A DNA stretch of 64,000 bases from a candidate division WOR-1 bacterium RIFOXYB2_FULL_42_35 (GTDB lineage: Bacteria > Margulisbacteria > WOR-1 > O2-12-FULL-45-9), in NCBI GenBank assembly GCA_001771545.1, contig MEUC01000005.1:2379-66378 (forward strand), given 5' to 3'. The notes under the pieces were generated by a model, which worked only from the letters and a program-made list of their open reading frames with translations, made no database searches and was not told where the DNA came from. Below are positions 19,848 to 29,675 of this stretch, one piece after another. Position 1 is the first letter of the stretch. Each line of letters opens with the position of its first letter. Both the position numbers and the translations under genes were made by a program.

Positions 19848-20197
19848 TAGTCATTTTGTTTGTTAATTAAATCCTTTACATCCAGAGTTTTATACTCTTC
19901 ATATATTTTTAAGGCTAAGGCCAGCGCCAGGGAAGTTATCACCAGACCAATCACAATGGAAGTCAACATCACCGCCTGAGGCAGCGGATCAACCATCGGC
20001 AGAAGAGTTCTGCCATGATCAAAAATAGCCGCCTGGCCAGAGACTACATACCCAAGGCTGACAAAAAACAAAATCACTCCGGAGTTCATCACATAGAGGC
20101 ACATGATTATTTTTATAGTATTTCTTTTGGTCAGAACTCCAAAAAGTCCCAACAAAATAATAATTATTCCTACCGTAATCCCATTAAAGCCGATCAT
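19847..20197 (-). CDS. mrpC: Na+/H+ antiporter subunit C
   Basis: NTIKIIMCL, VDPLPQAVMLTSIVIG. Confidence 0.9.
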   Translation of the reverse strand: MIGFNGITVGIIIILLGLFGVLTKRNTIKIIMCLYVMNSGVILFFVSLGYVVSGQAAIFDHGRTLLPMVDPLPQAVMLTSIVIGLVITSLALALALKIYEEYKTLDVKDLINKQND

Positions 20198-20622
20198 TCT
20201 TCACTCCCAAATTTAATTAGGCGATAAAAAACCACGGCAATCCCTGTTCCCACCATAAAACCAATGGTCAAGTTAAGAAAAAAAATTAAGCCGGCACTTG
20301 GCACTGTCCCAATCTCTCCCCTGGGCATAAAGTCCGAGAGAAAAGCCCGGCCGAAAAACATGCTCATAAAACCCATCAGCAGAAAAACCAGCATACCAAT
20401 ATTTTTTATTAAAGAAAGAGCTTTCTCTTGAAAACGGTTTTCTGCCTCCTTAATCCCTTCAACCAAACCCAAAAGGATAATGGCTGAACCAAAGATTACT
20501 CCACCCTGAAAGCCACCTCCCGGAGAGAGATGGCCATGAGAAATCAAATAACAGCCATAAAGCAACATAAAAGGAAAGAGTTTTCTGGTAAAAATACTGA
20601 CAATTTCAGACGTTCGCTTCAA
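20194..20622 (-). CDS. mrpB: Na+/H+ antiporter subunit B (MnhB domain)
   Basis: HGHLSPGGGFQGG. Confidence 0.9.
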   Translation of the reverse strand: MKRTSEIVSIFTRKLFPFMLLYGCYLISHGHLSPGGGFQGGVIFGSAIILLGLVEGIKEAENRFQEKALSLIKNIGMLVFLLMGFMSMFFGRAFLSDFMPRGEIGTVPSAGLIFFLNLTIGFMVGTGIAVVFYRLIKFGSEE

Positions 20623-20888
20623 TCCTTTTCTCCTTCACCTGGTTTTCTCAGCAACATAAAAACCCCCAAAGCTGCTGCGAAGAAAACAGTTGCTTCTCCC
20701 AGCGTATCATAGGCCCGATAATCCAGATAGATGGCCGTGACAATGTTAAGTGCCCCTGTATCAGCAACTCCATGGTTAAGATAATATTGCGACAGCCCTG
20801 TTTTAGGCTGGCCAAAATTTATTTTTATGGCACTAAGAAGAAAAAAGGCCAAGAGCAACAACAGAATTATCGGTACAATTCTTTTCAA
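20619..20888 (-). CDS. MbhE-like small subunit
   Basis: TGALNIVTAIYLDYRAYDTLGEATV. Confidence 0.85.
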   Translation of the reverse strand: MKRIVPIILLLLLAFFLLSAIKINFGQPKTGLSQYYLNHGVADTGALNIVTAIYLDYRAYDTLGEATVFFAAALGVFMLLRKPGEGEKD

Positions 20889-21118
20889 TTTTCTCTTCTC
20901 CTGGTTTTACTGATCGCCACCACAAAAAGAACTGTTGAGACCCCTGCCCCAATGGCAGCTTCTGCCATGGCAAGATCTAAAGCATGGAGGTTAAAGAAAA
21001 GAAAGGTCAGCACCAAGCTGAAGGCGGCTAAAATAATGACTGAATTCAAGAGATCTTTCATCTCAATTGCCAGTAATGCCGTGACAATTAACATAATTAA
21101 AAAAACGTCATTAATCAT
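20885..21118 (-). CDS. DUF4040 / MbhD-like small subunit
   Basis: ALDLAMAEAAIGAGVSTVLF; start at MINDV, overlapping the upstream stop. Confidence 0.85.
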   Translation of the reverse strand: MINDVFLIMLIVTALLAIEMKDLLNSVIILAAFSLVLTFLFFNLHALDLAMAEAAIGAGVSTVLFVVAISKTRRREN

Positions 21119-21410
21119 TTTTAGCTTCCCACGGTTTAATCCCCGATTCAAGCGCACCCCTAGCAATGGCATGTGAAGCAACCGGGCTAGTAATCAAGAT
21201 AAACACGGCAATCAGAAAAATGCGCCAAGAAAAATGACTCAAGCCAGAATAAATCATTAAACCAATAAAAATAGACAGTACCCCACCCGTGCCTGCCTTA
21301 CCAGCGGGATGGAGACGGGTATAGACATCGGGAAAACGCATAATGCCTATAACCCCAAAAGAGATAAATAACATTCCCAAAGCAAAAAAAACATCAGCAA
21401 CTATAATCAT
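21111..21410 (-). CDS. mrpG: Na+/H+ antiporter subunit G
   Basis: GIMRFPDVYTRLH, TSPVASHAIARGA. Confidence 0.9.
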   Translation of the reverse strand: MIIVADVFFALGMLFISFGVIGIMRFPDVYTRLHPAGKAGTGGVLSIFIGLMIYSGLSHFSWRIFLIAVFILITSPVASHAIARGALESGIKPWEAKND

Positions 21411-21670
21411 CGGTGCAACTCCCGACCGGTTAAATACTTCGCAATAGCAATCACAGAAACATAACCCAAAATAGCATAAACCAGGGCCACGTCCAAATAG
21501 ACCAAGTAATTATAATGCACCGCCATTATGACAATTATTACCGTAATGTTGGTGACCATGAGATTAAGGCCGATTAAGCGATCAAAATGCGTTGGCCCAC
21601 TGACAATCCTAACCAAACACAAGAATGATGTCACAGACAAAATATAGGCCATAATCAAAAACCAGTTCAA
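21407..21670 (-). CDS. mrpF: Na+/H+ antiporter subunit F
   Basis: RIVSGPTHFDRLIGL, YLDVALVYAILGYV. Confidence 0.9.
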   Translation of the reverse strand: MNWFLIMAYILSVTSFLCLVRIVSGPTHFDRLIGLNLMVTNITVIIVIMAVHYNYLVYLDVALVYAILGYVSVIAIAKYLTGRELHR

Positions 21671-22179
21671 TAGAAGATCCTCCTTAGTTGGGCTTCTGTT
21701 CGGCCTTTAATGATTCTGGCTGCCTGATGAACATTTTGTCTTTTAACGTTTAAGCAATGAACCAATAATTCTTTTTCCTGCAAATCAACGGTCACGGTTC
21801 CAGGAGTTAAAGTAATCGAATTAGCTAAAAGCGCTCGAGCAAACCGGGATTTCAAACGTGTTTTTATTCTTACAAACCCAGGCTTTATTTTCATAGAAAG
21901 AACATAATAGACAACCATGAAACTGCCTAAATATATCTCAAACAGCAACACAAAAATATAAGCAAAAGAATATTGAAAACGGGGCAATTGACCATCTTGA
22001 ATCTTTTCCTCTTTATCAATAAAAAGATCATAGGTAAAAACAGCAATCACAAAAGAGAAGAGTACTCCAAGCAGTAAAGAAAAAGCGTCTAAGCTAAAAG
22101 TGAAGAGCAGCCAGACCAGCAAAAGAAAAACAAAAGTAATGATTATCTTTTGAGTTTCTCCGGGTCGTGTTATCCTCAT
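21667..22179 (-). CDS. mrpE: Na+/H+ antiporter subunit E
   Basis: LANSITLTPGTVTVD...LLVHCL. Confidence 0.9.
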   Translation of the reverse strand: MRITRPGETQKIIITFVFLLLVWLLFTFSLDAFSLLLGVLFSFVIAVFTYDLFIDKEEKIQDGQLPRFQYSFAYIFVLLFEIYLGSFMVVYYVLSMKIKPGFVRIKTRLKSRFARALLANSITLTPGTVTVDLQEKELLVHCLNVKRQNVHQAARIIKGRTEAQLRRIFY

Positions 22180-23201
22180 GCTTTATTTAAATCCCCAACC
22201 AACTCAAGCAACCGGCCATAACTCATGCGGTCAAACTTAAGGCAGAGTCGAGGCAGGCTAAGAAATTCTTTATTGCGCACTTCTACAGGCAGCGGACCAC
22301 TTGGTTTTATTTCCCCTTCAATAACATCTTGATATTTACAACTTAGCTTTTGCAAGTATTGCTCAGAGATCTTGTGGTTAAGCCTAATTATAGTAATATC
22401 CCTAGCGTAACGAATGGAATGATAATTCTTATAAAATTCTGTCACAGCCTTAACCGCTGCTTGCGCCGAATTAACAATTCTAAAAAGATTTAAATCAATT
22501 TCCCGAACATAGCCTCCCTTAATCAACTCTTTCTTAACAAAAGCCAACCAGGTTTTCCAGTAACTCTTGCCTGGGGTTTCCACTAAGACGATGGGACGAG
22601 GAGCTGCTTTGCCGGTTTGCATCAGAGTTAAGATTTCAAAACCTTCGTCATGGGTACCAAATCCACCGGGAAAAAGCACGGTGGCTTCCGATTCTTTTAT
22701 AAAAGCCAGCTTTCTGGTAAAGAAATAATTTACATTGAGCAGTTTTTCGCCCTGAGCAATATATTGATTTGGTTGAACTTCCAAAGGAAGTTTAATTTTG
22801 ATAGCAAAGCCTTCCTTTCCCGCGCCCTTATTGCCGGCCTCCATCACCCCACCACCTCCACCAGTGATAACCATAAACCCTTGCTCAACTATTCCTTTGG
22901 CAAAGTCTTCAACCATTTTATATTCCAGACTGTCGGCAGGTGTCCGGTGAGAGCCAAAAATAACCACTTTTCTTTTAGCTCGATATTTGGCAAAAGTGCG
23001 AAAGATATGCCGCAGCTCTTTGATGGTTGTGTTAAGCAGAAACAAGTCTCTTTCATCCGCTCCATCTAAATGAAGCTTTATTACGGTGGTCAAAAGTTGG
23101 CGAATATAATCACGTGTGTGCGGAGTGCTGTATTTTTTCGCCAACGCTGCTATTTCCTGATCGGTTTGAGGATTGTCGGTTTGATATGTTTTGTGGTTCA
23201 T
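22176..23201 (-). CDS. LOG-family protein (nucleotide phosphoribohydrolase / lysine-decarboxylase-like fold)
   Basis: VITGGGGGVMEAGNKGA, YFFTRKLAF, FPGGFGTHDE. Confidence 0.88.
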   Translation of the reverse strand: MNHKTYQTDNPQTDQEIAALAKKYSTPHTRDYIRQLLTTVIKLHLDGADERDLFLLNTTIKELRHIFRTFAKYRAKRKVVIFGSHRTPADSLEYKMVEDFAKGIVEQGFMVITGGGGGVMEAGNKGAGKEGFAIKIKLPLEVQPNQYIAQGEKLLNVNYFFTRKLAFIKESEATVLFPGGFGTHDEGFEILTLMQTGKAAPRPIVLVETPGKSYWKTWLAFVKKELIKGGYVREIDLNLFRIVNSAQAAVKAVTEFYKNYHSIRYARDITIIRLNHKISEQYLQKLSCKYQDVIEGEIKPSGPLPVEVRNKEFLSLPRLCLKFDRMSYGRLLELVGDLNKA

Positions 23202-23396
23202 TAAACTTTACACCTTACATTTTAAACCTTCCACAGTTTACCAACAATTTATTCGACTGACAACTTCTATTCCTTGGTTCTATTCCTTGGTCACAAAAGG
23301 TGACTCTTTTTTGACTTCTCACCGGAAAGGTTGAAAATTCTTAATCGAGCGAAATTTCCTGCAAAAACTGCAGATAAAGTGACAGGGTCAATTATC

Positions 23397-25457
23397 ATGA
23401 AAATACAAGGCAATGTTCCCCAAGCTTTAAGAAAACATCTTCCTCCAGAAGGAGCCAGTTCAATTCTTTTGGTGGTTCCCCGATATACACGTTTGGCCAT
23501 GCCCAGACACAGTGTGCGTTACCTGGCAGGCACATTAGTCGATCATAATCTAATGCAAAGAATTGCGCAAAACTCAAAGATTAAGGGCTTAAACGATGTT
23601 GCACCACCAGAACTTCACGTGCGAATACTAGATTTAAGTGTTGCTCCAAAAGATTTTGATTTGGCCGGATTCTTGACTTCTTTTTCTCCTTCAGTTTTAG
23701 GAGTCACTGTTGATGCCCACTCAGCTGGAGCTGCTTTTGAGATTGCTAAACTAGCCCCTAGTCATACTTTGAAAGTAGCTGGCGGCTACTTCCCTTCTGC
23801 CCAACCTTCATCCACCCTTAAGGGAGGTTTTGACATTGCAGTTATTGGTGCCGGTGAAGAAACTTTGGGAGAGATTGTCCTAGCTCAACATTTTCTTGCT
23901 TATGGACAATTTAAAGATGTTCTAGAAGAAATCCCAGGAATCTCATACAAAACAAATAGTAAAACCACAGCAAGAAACGAAAACAGAATTCCACAGATCC
24001 ACCTAGACGACCTGCCTTTCCCTCATAACGCTGATCCTCTCCTCATCTTTAATCGTTTTCCCCAGCTAGAGGGATTAACACAAGCATCCATAGTTGGATC
24101 AAGGGGTTGCGGTAATAGGTGTTTATACTGTTCTGGCCATTCAGTTACGTTAGGAAAAGTTAGATCTAGATCAGCAGCAAATATTTTGGCTGAAGTAGCC
24201 GCTCTTTATCAATCTGGAACTCGCACAATAGTTTTCGATGAAGAAGATTTCATGTTATTACATCCCAGAGCAGAAATGACAAAATTACTGGCTGGCTTAA
24301 GGACTTTAAAAGAGCAAGATCCAACTTTTGGCTGGGTTATAGAAACTCGTGGGGATAGACTTTCTCCTGAATCAATAATAGCCATGGCCGCCGCTGGACT
24401 TAAGATATTAGCTTTTGGAGTTGAAACACTAGATCAACCACTCGCCAGAACATTAAAAGCTGATCCAAGATTATCAATTGACAACTTAAATGAAGCAACA
24501 AGAACTGCGCAGGCTGCCGGGATTGAAGTTTATTACAACTTAATAATTGGCACTCCTGGCTACGGCTGGCAACAAGCCTTATCAACCGCAAAAGAGTTAC
24601 TTAAACAACCACCAGACAAAGCTGCGGTTGGTAGATACAAACTTTATCCTGGCTCTCCTTTTTACGAGCAAAGTTCCACAGCAGATCGCTTGGCAGTGGA
24701 AACCAGACAATTAAGAATTGTTAATCCAGACAAAGATTATCCGACTCTCCCTACAGCAGCAATGACGGCAGCAGAAATAAAACAATTGGAGGACGAACTG
24801 GAAATTTTTGTTTTTGGTTTAACCATAGCGAGGGCTTTCCCACCGGTCAGGCAACAATGGCTCGTCGCACTTCAAGGAATTATAGAAGCTTTTAGAATCA
24901 ATGCCATTTATGATTTGTTTTTAAACTCCGAAGAACCACCGCTGCCAAGAGAAAAGTTGCTGCAATCTTTACCAAAAGATCTTCAAACCTTTTCCGGAAA
25001 AAGACAACAAGGCAGCAAAGGTTTTCGTTGCGAAGAAGCACTGGGTAACATGGAAACGAGAAAAAAAGTCCTCAACTATCTCCCTGCCCTTATTTCTCTA
25101 CAGCTTCCAGAAGAAAGCACTAAATTAATTGATTCCCTTTTAGAAAACACCACCGTACAAGGAGGCCGTCAACTTGCTAGTCTCCCTCTTAATCAAATGA
25201 AAGATTTCCTAACAGGCGTTCTTATAATGCTTCAACTTTCACAGAAAAGGCATGGGCAAATATTTACTCGTGTAATTATAAATGATCCAGAAAATATTTA
25301 TGCAATTGCGAAAAGGAAACCAACCCTTGATAACAATCGACTCGCTCTTCAGGCCGAGCGCTTCTTAAAAGGGGAAAGCAATAAGATAGAAATCTTTGGC
25401 TATAATTTGGAAATAAACAACGAAGCCCAAACCCTAACAATTAGTCCGGCAAGTTAA
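23397..25457 (+). CDS. Cobalamin-binding radical SAM protein with long C-terminal extension
   Basis: VAGG..P, GAGEET, SRGCGNRCLYC (CxxxCxxC), FGVET; start uncertain (23331 or 23397). Confidence 0.8.
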   Translation: MKIQGNVPQALRKHLPPEGASSILLVVPRYTRLAMPRHSVRYLAGTLVDHNLMQRIAQNSKIKGLNDVAPPELHVRILDLSVAPKDFDLAGFLTSFSPSVLGVTVDAHSAGAAFEIAKLAPSHTLKVAGGYFPSAQPSSTLKGGFDIAVIGAGEETLGEIVLAQHFLAYGQFKDVLEEIPGISYKTNSKTTARNENRIPQIHLDDLPFPHNADPLLIFNRFPQLEGLTQASIVGSRGCGNRCLYCSGHSVTLGKVRSRSAANILAEVAALYQSGTRTIVFDEEDFMLLHPRAEMTKLLAGLRTLKEQDPTFGWVIETRGDRLSPESIIAMAAAGLKILAFGVETLDQPLARTLKADPRLSIDNLNEATRTAQAAGIEVYYNLIIGTPGYGWQQALSTAKELLKQPPDKAAVGRYKLYPGSPFYEQSSTADRLAVETRQLRIVNPDKDYPTLPTAAMTAAEIKQLEDELEIFVFGLTIARAFPPVRQQWLVALQGIIEAFRINAIYDLFLNSEEPPLPREKLLQSLPKDLQTFSGKRQQGSKGFRCEEALGNMETRKKVLNYLPALISLQLPEESTKLIDSLLENTTVQGGRQLASLPLNQMKDFLTGVLIMLQLSQKRHGQIFTRVIINDPENIYAIAKRKPTLDNNRLALQAERFLKGESNKIEIFGYNLEINNEAQTLTISPAS

Positions 25458-25481
25458 TGTTGAAAGCATAAAAACAGCTGA

Positions 25482-26066
25482 TCATTCTTGCAAATTAAAG
25501 GTCAAGCCAACAAAAGCACCAAAAAGAGCAATCCTGGCTCCATCATAATATTGCTCACTATATTTCAAACCAAACTCTAAATATTTTGCAAGATGCCCTT
25601 GGTTCCCCACCCTCATCTCGGTACTAATAGAAACTCCCCAGCTAAAACCTGATAGAGTTTCGAAGTCATAAAGAGTTTTATGTTTGGGATCCCGCACAGT
25701 TGCTTGACCAAACAAATAGCCAACATCAACCCCTGTCTTGACCATATTCCATCTAAGACCATTAGGTAAGGTCTTAGTAAAAAGGGCATAATCTATTTCC
25801 AGACCAAAATAATTAAACAAAGAGGAAATTTCATAGCTATTATTCTCTGATCCCTGCCACTCAAAGATTTGCAAATCATAAACAGCGGCAATCTTTAGGT
25901 CACTTAGCCTTAAATCAATACCCAAGCCAAATCCCAGGGAATAGCCAGGGCCAGTGATAAAGCCTTTTAACCCATTACTAACAACATCAGTTACATCATG
26001 CAAAGGGAAAGCACCAGCAAGGCTTATTCTAGGCTGTAAACCAAGCGAAACCGGAAAATCAGTCAT
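25482..26066 (-). CDS. Hypothetical beta-strand-rich (OMP-like) protein
   Basis: Alternating Gly/aromatic strands (YSLGFGLGIDL, FGAFVGLTF); AAGGAAG RBS; no clear signal peptide. Confidence 0.5.
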   Translation of the reverse strand: MTDFPVSLGLQPRISLAGAFPLHDVTDVVSNGLKGFITGPGYSLGFGLGIDLRLSDLKIAAVYDLQIFEWQGSENNSYEISSLFNYFGLEIDYALFTKTLPNGLRWNMVKTGVDVGYLFGQATVRDPKHKTLYDFETLSGFSWGVSISTEMRVGNQGHLAKYLEFGLKYSEQYYDGARIALFGAFVGLTFNLQE

Positions 26067-26216
26067 GTTAACTTCCTTATATAGACAACGTTCGTTCCAA
26101 ATATCTATCTATAAGATATGGAATAAATTTCAGGAAAGATCAGTATTTAAGCAACAAAATCTGAACGTCGGTAAATCTATCTTGCTTATAAAAAACAATC
26201 CGGCTATAATCCGTTC

Positions 26217-27614
26217 ATGAACCTGGAAACAATAAGGAACCTTATTCTTCTAACCGGTTGGCCGGTCTTGATAATCGGCAGCATCTTTTTAACTTACAAA
26301 GCCTTCCAATTCTACAACAGTGTTAATCGTGTTGTCTTTGGCAAACTCGTAATGATTATGACCGGCGGCTGGCTGCTGACCATGTACTCACTGGGCATTG
26401 TGGCAACAGTAGCCATGTATGCCAACATCCAAAGCGGGGTTTACGTTGTTTTACCTATTTTCATCGTCTGGGCAACTACAATGGTTATTTTAACGGTTAT
26501 TGATCTGTCCTGGCAAAAGGAAGCGGTAACAATTAATGAGTTCTATCAAGACATTGAAAGAAAGTATCAGTCCATCTTTGAGTTTTCTCCTGAAGCAATA
26601 TTACTGCTTGATACTACCGGAATCATCCTAGCCTCAAACGACCGCTTGCAAGAATGGCTGGACTTTAAAACCAAAGATATTGTCGGTAAAAACATTGTGG
26701 TACTCCCCTTCTTAACCGAAGAGAGTAAAGCTAACATCATGAAAAACTTCGCCGAACGACTCATGGGCAAAGACTCAGCCTCCTACCAGGTAGAGTTTTT
26801 CAACAAACAAGGCGGACGCATGTTTGGTCAAGTTGTGGCTGCCACAGTTAGAGATAAGGCTGGCAATATCATTAGAAACTTAACCATGATTAGCGATGTT
26901 ACTGAACGGGTAAAACTGGAAAAACTAAGAGATGACCTGACTCACATGATTGCTCATGATTTAAAGAATCCAATTGTTAGTATCTCTAGTTCAACCAGTC
27001 TCTTAATTGAGGATATCGGCCAACAAATTTCCGGGCAGCAAAAATCCCTCCTTAACAACATCTTAATTACCTGCAAGAAATTATCCAATCTGATTATGGA
27101 TTTACTGCAAATAAAAAATGTTGAAGACAATAAGTTGACCCTAAAAAAAGAAAAGTTCAATCCACAGGAGCTGGTAGCCGGTCTAACCTGGATAAAAGAT
27201 TTAGCTAGCCAGAAAGAGCTCAACCTTGAAATCAATGCTAGCGCGGATCTGTGGCTGGAAGCAGATAAAGACTTGATCGGTCGAACTATTGAGAACTTAC
27301 TCTCTAATGCGATTAAACATACTCCACCAAAAGGTCAAATCACCTTAAACATCAAAGAAGAATCTGGTCAGCTCTTGTTTGAGGTCATTGATAATGGCCA
27401 AGGCATTCCTAAACAATATATCCCCATGGTCTTTGATAAGTTTTTTAAAGTTGAAGATCAAAACCAAGGATCCTGGCTTGATACAGGCTTGGGTTTAACT
27501 TTTTGCAAGCTCGCAGTTGAGGCCCACGGCGGTAAAATCGGGGTAGAAAGCGAGCCGACTAAAGGAGCCAGGTTTTTCTTCACTATTCCACAACAAGCAG
27601 GGGTCAATTTTTAG
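26217..27614 (+). CDS. Membrane PAS sensor histidine kinase
   Basis: Three TM segments, PAS region, AHDLKNP H-box, NLLSNAIK, DNGQGI, GLGL boxes. Confidence 0.92.
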   Translation: MNLETIRNLILLTGWPVLIIGSIFLTYKAFQFYNSVNRVVFGKLVMIMTGGWLLTMYSLGIVATVAMYANIQSGVYVVLPIFIVWATTMVILTVIDLSWQKEAVTINEFYQDIERKYQSIFEFSPEAILLLDTTGIILASNDRLQEWLDFKTKDIVGKNIVVLPFLTEESKANIMKNFAERLMGKDSASYQVEFFNKQGGRMFGQVVAATVRDKAGNIIRNLTMISDVTERVKLEKLRDDLTHMIAHDLKNPIVSISSSTSLLIEDIGQQISGQQKSLLNNILITCKKLSNLIMDLLQIKNVEDNKLTLKKEKFNPQELVAGLTWIKDLASQKELNLEINASADLWLEADKDLIGRTIENLLSNAIKHTPPKGQITLNIKEESGQLLFEVIDNGQGIPKQYIPMVFDKFFKVEDQNQGSWLDTGLGLTFCKLAVEAHGGKIGVESEPTKGARFFFTIPQQAGVNF

Positions 27615-28014
27615 GCTTCAACTCCACTGGGGCTTTCCTGGCAATGGCATGCTTAATTGTCCGAATTAAGATAATTGAATCATATTCACCCTTAACCAAA
27701 TAATCCTGTACCCCGTCACTAATGGCCTTGAGAGCTAAGTCATTTTCTTCTTTAATGGTTAAGATAATTATTGGGGTTGTTCCACATTTAGACAAGACTT
27801 TTTGGGCCGTATCTATCCCTTTGGAATCAGAGAGATTTAAGTCTAGCAGAATAACATCTAGTCTGTTTTCCTCAATAATTTTCAGGGCTGTAGCCAAATC
27901 CCAAGCATGAAGCAAACTATGCTCTTCTGGCAGCTTATCTAACATGTATTTTGCTATCTTGGCATACTCCGGGGTATCTTCTACCAACAAGATATTCAAT
28001 TGCTTATCGTTCAC
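27604..28014 (-). CDS. Single-domain response regulator
   Basis: ILLVED, ILLDLNL, IILT, DYLVK. Confidence 0.88.
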   Translation of the reverse strand: MNDKQLNILLVEDTPEYAKIAKYMLDKLPEEHSLLHAWDLATALKIIEENRLDVILLDLNLSDSKGIDTAQKVLSKCGTTPIIILTIKEENDLALKAISDGVQDYLVKGEYDSIILIRTIKHAIARKAPVELKPKN

Positions 28015-28090
28015 AAATTACTCCTCCTGTTTCAGACCAAAGAACAAATACAAGGAGATAAAAATCCTCCCCTTTGTTCGGATTTTTATC

Positions 28091-28162
28091 TAGCCCCAAG
28101 GGGAATCGAACCCCTATCTCGACCTTGAGAGGGTCGCGTCCTAACCGTTAGACAATGGGGCC
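28091..28162 (-). tRNA. tRNA-Glu (anticodon CTC)
   Basis: GGCCCCATTGTCTAACGGTTAGGACGCGACCCTCTCAAGGTCGAGATAGGGGTTCGATTCCCCTTGGGGCTA folds as a cloverleaf with CGACC/GGTCG anticodon stem and TTCGA T-loop; CCA not encoded. Confidence 0.93.
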
Positions 28163-28208
28163 AAGCGAATCTAGATTATAGCACAAAAAAATGTTATAAT
28201 TGAATACG

Positions 28209-29675
28209 ATGGCCTCAGAAGAAGACCTAAAAAAGCTCATTGAAGACAAGTTAAAAGGCTATAAATTCGTGGCGGTCTCCAACCGTGAGCCCTACATCCA
28301 CAAAGTCAGCGGCGATAAAATCAAATTCTTCCAGCCGGCTTCCGGTGTTGTCACAGCCCTTGATCCTGTTTTGCAAGCTTGTCATGGTTTATGGGTTGCC
28401 CACGGTAGCGGGGACGCTGACCGCAAGGTTGTTGACGATAAAAGCCGCATTCAAGTGCCCCCCAATGATCCCCAATATACACTTAAGCGTGTCTGGTTAA
28501 CCAAAGCCGAAGAAACCGGTTATTATTATGGTTTCGCTAATGAAGCCCTCTGGCCACTTTGCCACATCGTTTATACCAAACCAAAATTTAGCGAATCCGA
28601 CTGGAACTATTATAAATTGGTTAACGAACGCTTTGCCAAGGCTATTTTGGAAGAAATTGGCGATCAGGAAACCCTCTTATTCATCCAGGATTATCATTTT
28701 ATGCTGCTGCCCAAACTGATTAAAGACGCAAACCCAAAAGCTAAGATTGCGCTTTTCTGGCATATCCCCTGGCCCAACCCGGAAGTCTTTCGTATCTGCC
28801 CCTGGAAAAAAGAGCTCCTGGAAGGCTTACTTGGCGCCGATTTACTTGGGTTCCACCTCCGTTATCACGTTGATAATTTTTTGGAGACCATTAACCATAA
28901 TCTAGAAGCCAAGGTTGATAAGGTCGCCTCAAGTGTAACTTATAAAGGTATGGAAACTCTGGTCCGACCATATCCAATCAGTATTGATTTTGAAAAAATC
29001 GCTAAAGAAGCGGCCTCAAAAGCAACTCAGGATGATATTAAAAAGGTAAAAGAAGACTTAGGTATTACTTGTGAACTAATTGGGGTTGGGACAGATCGAA
29101 TTGATTACACTAAAGGGATTATAGAAAAATTTACTGCTATTGATCGTTTCCTGGAAAAATATCCGGAATATCAAGGCCGCTTTGTCTACATTCAAATTGG
29201 CTCCCTCAGCCGCATCCACCTTGATACCTACAAAAAACTTAACGATGATATTAATAGTTTGGTAGAAAGGATTAACTGGAAGTACTCTTCGGATCATTGG
29301 TCGCCGATTATTTTGATTCGCAAATATTTCACTCCTCAAGAACTTTTGGCCATTTATCGGATGGCTAATATTTGTTTGGTTACTTCCCTGCACGATGGCA
29401 TGAACCTGGTCGCTAAAGAATTTATCGCAGCTTGTTCTAAAGATAAAAGCATGTTGGTCTTATCACAATTTGCCGGCGCTGCCAGAGAACTAACCGACGC
29501 AGTTACTTTTAACCCCTATAATCCAGAAGAGTGCGCAGACGCGATAAGAACCGCCCTAACCATGCCGGCGGAAGAGAGAGAACAACGTGTCGAGAGAATG
29601 AAAGCAGTTGTAAAAGAAAACAATATCTATAATTGGGCTGCAAAAATCATCCAGGCCCTACTTAGATTGTCCTGA
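28209..29675 (+). CDS. otsA: Trehalose-6-phosphate synthase (GT20)
   Basis: VSNREP, YYGFANEALWPLCH, IQDYH, FWHIPWP, DRIDYTKGI, DGMNLVAKE. Confidence 0.93.
   Translation: MASEEDLKKLIEDKLKGYKFVAVSNREPYIHKVSGDKIKFFQPASGVVTALDPVLQACHGLWVAHGSGDADRKVVDDKSRIQVPPNDPQYTLKRVWLTKAEETGYYYGFANEALWPLCHIVYTKPKFSESDWNYYKLVNERFAKAILEEIGDQETLLFIQDYHFMLLPKLIKDANPKAKIALFWHIPWPNPEVFRICPWKKELLEGLLGADLLGFHLRYHVDNFLETINHNLEAKVDKVASSVTYKGMETLVRPYPISIDFEKIAKEAASKATQDDIKKVKEDLGITCELIGVGTDRIDYTKGIIEKFTAIDRFLEKYPEYQGRFVYIQIGSLSRIHLDTYKKLNDDINSLVERINWKYSSDHWSPIILIRKYFTPQELLAIYRMANICLVTSLHDGMNLVAKEFIAACSKDKSMLVLSQFAGAARELTDAVTFNPYNPEECADAIRTALTMPAEEREQRVERMKAVVKENNIYNWAAKIIQALLRLS

Noticed and set aside
16792..22179. Membrane-bound hydrogenase operon
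   Set aside because: No NiFe large/small subunits or ferredoxin-like subunit are present; only the antiporter arm.
23265..23290. 13-bp tandem duplication TTCTATTCCTTGG x2
   Set aside because: Real, but only two copies in an intergenic region; most simply a slippage duplication, with no support for a function.
26217..28014. Convergent overlapping HK and RR as a special system
   Set aside because: Ordinary domains; the short 3' overlap is common and cognate pairing cannot be shown from sequence.
28091..28162. tRNA-Glu as an island integration site
   Set aside because: I saw no duplicated tRNA 3' end and no integrase in the window.
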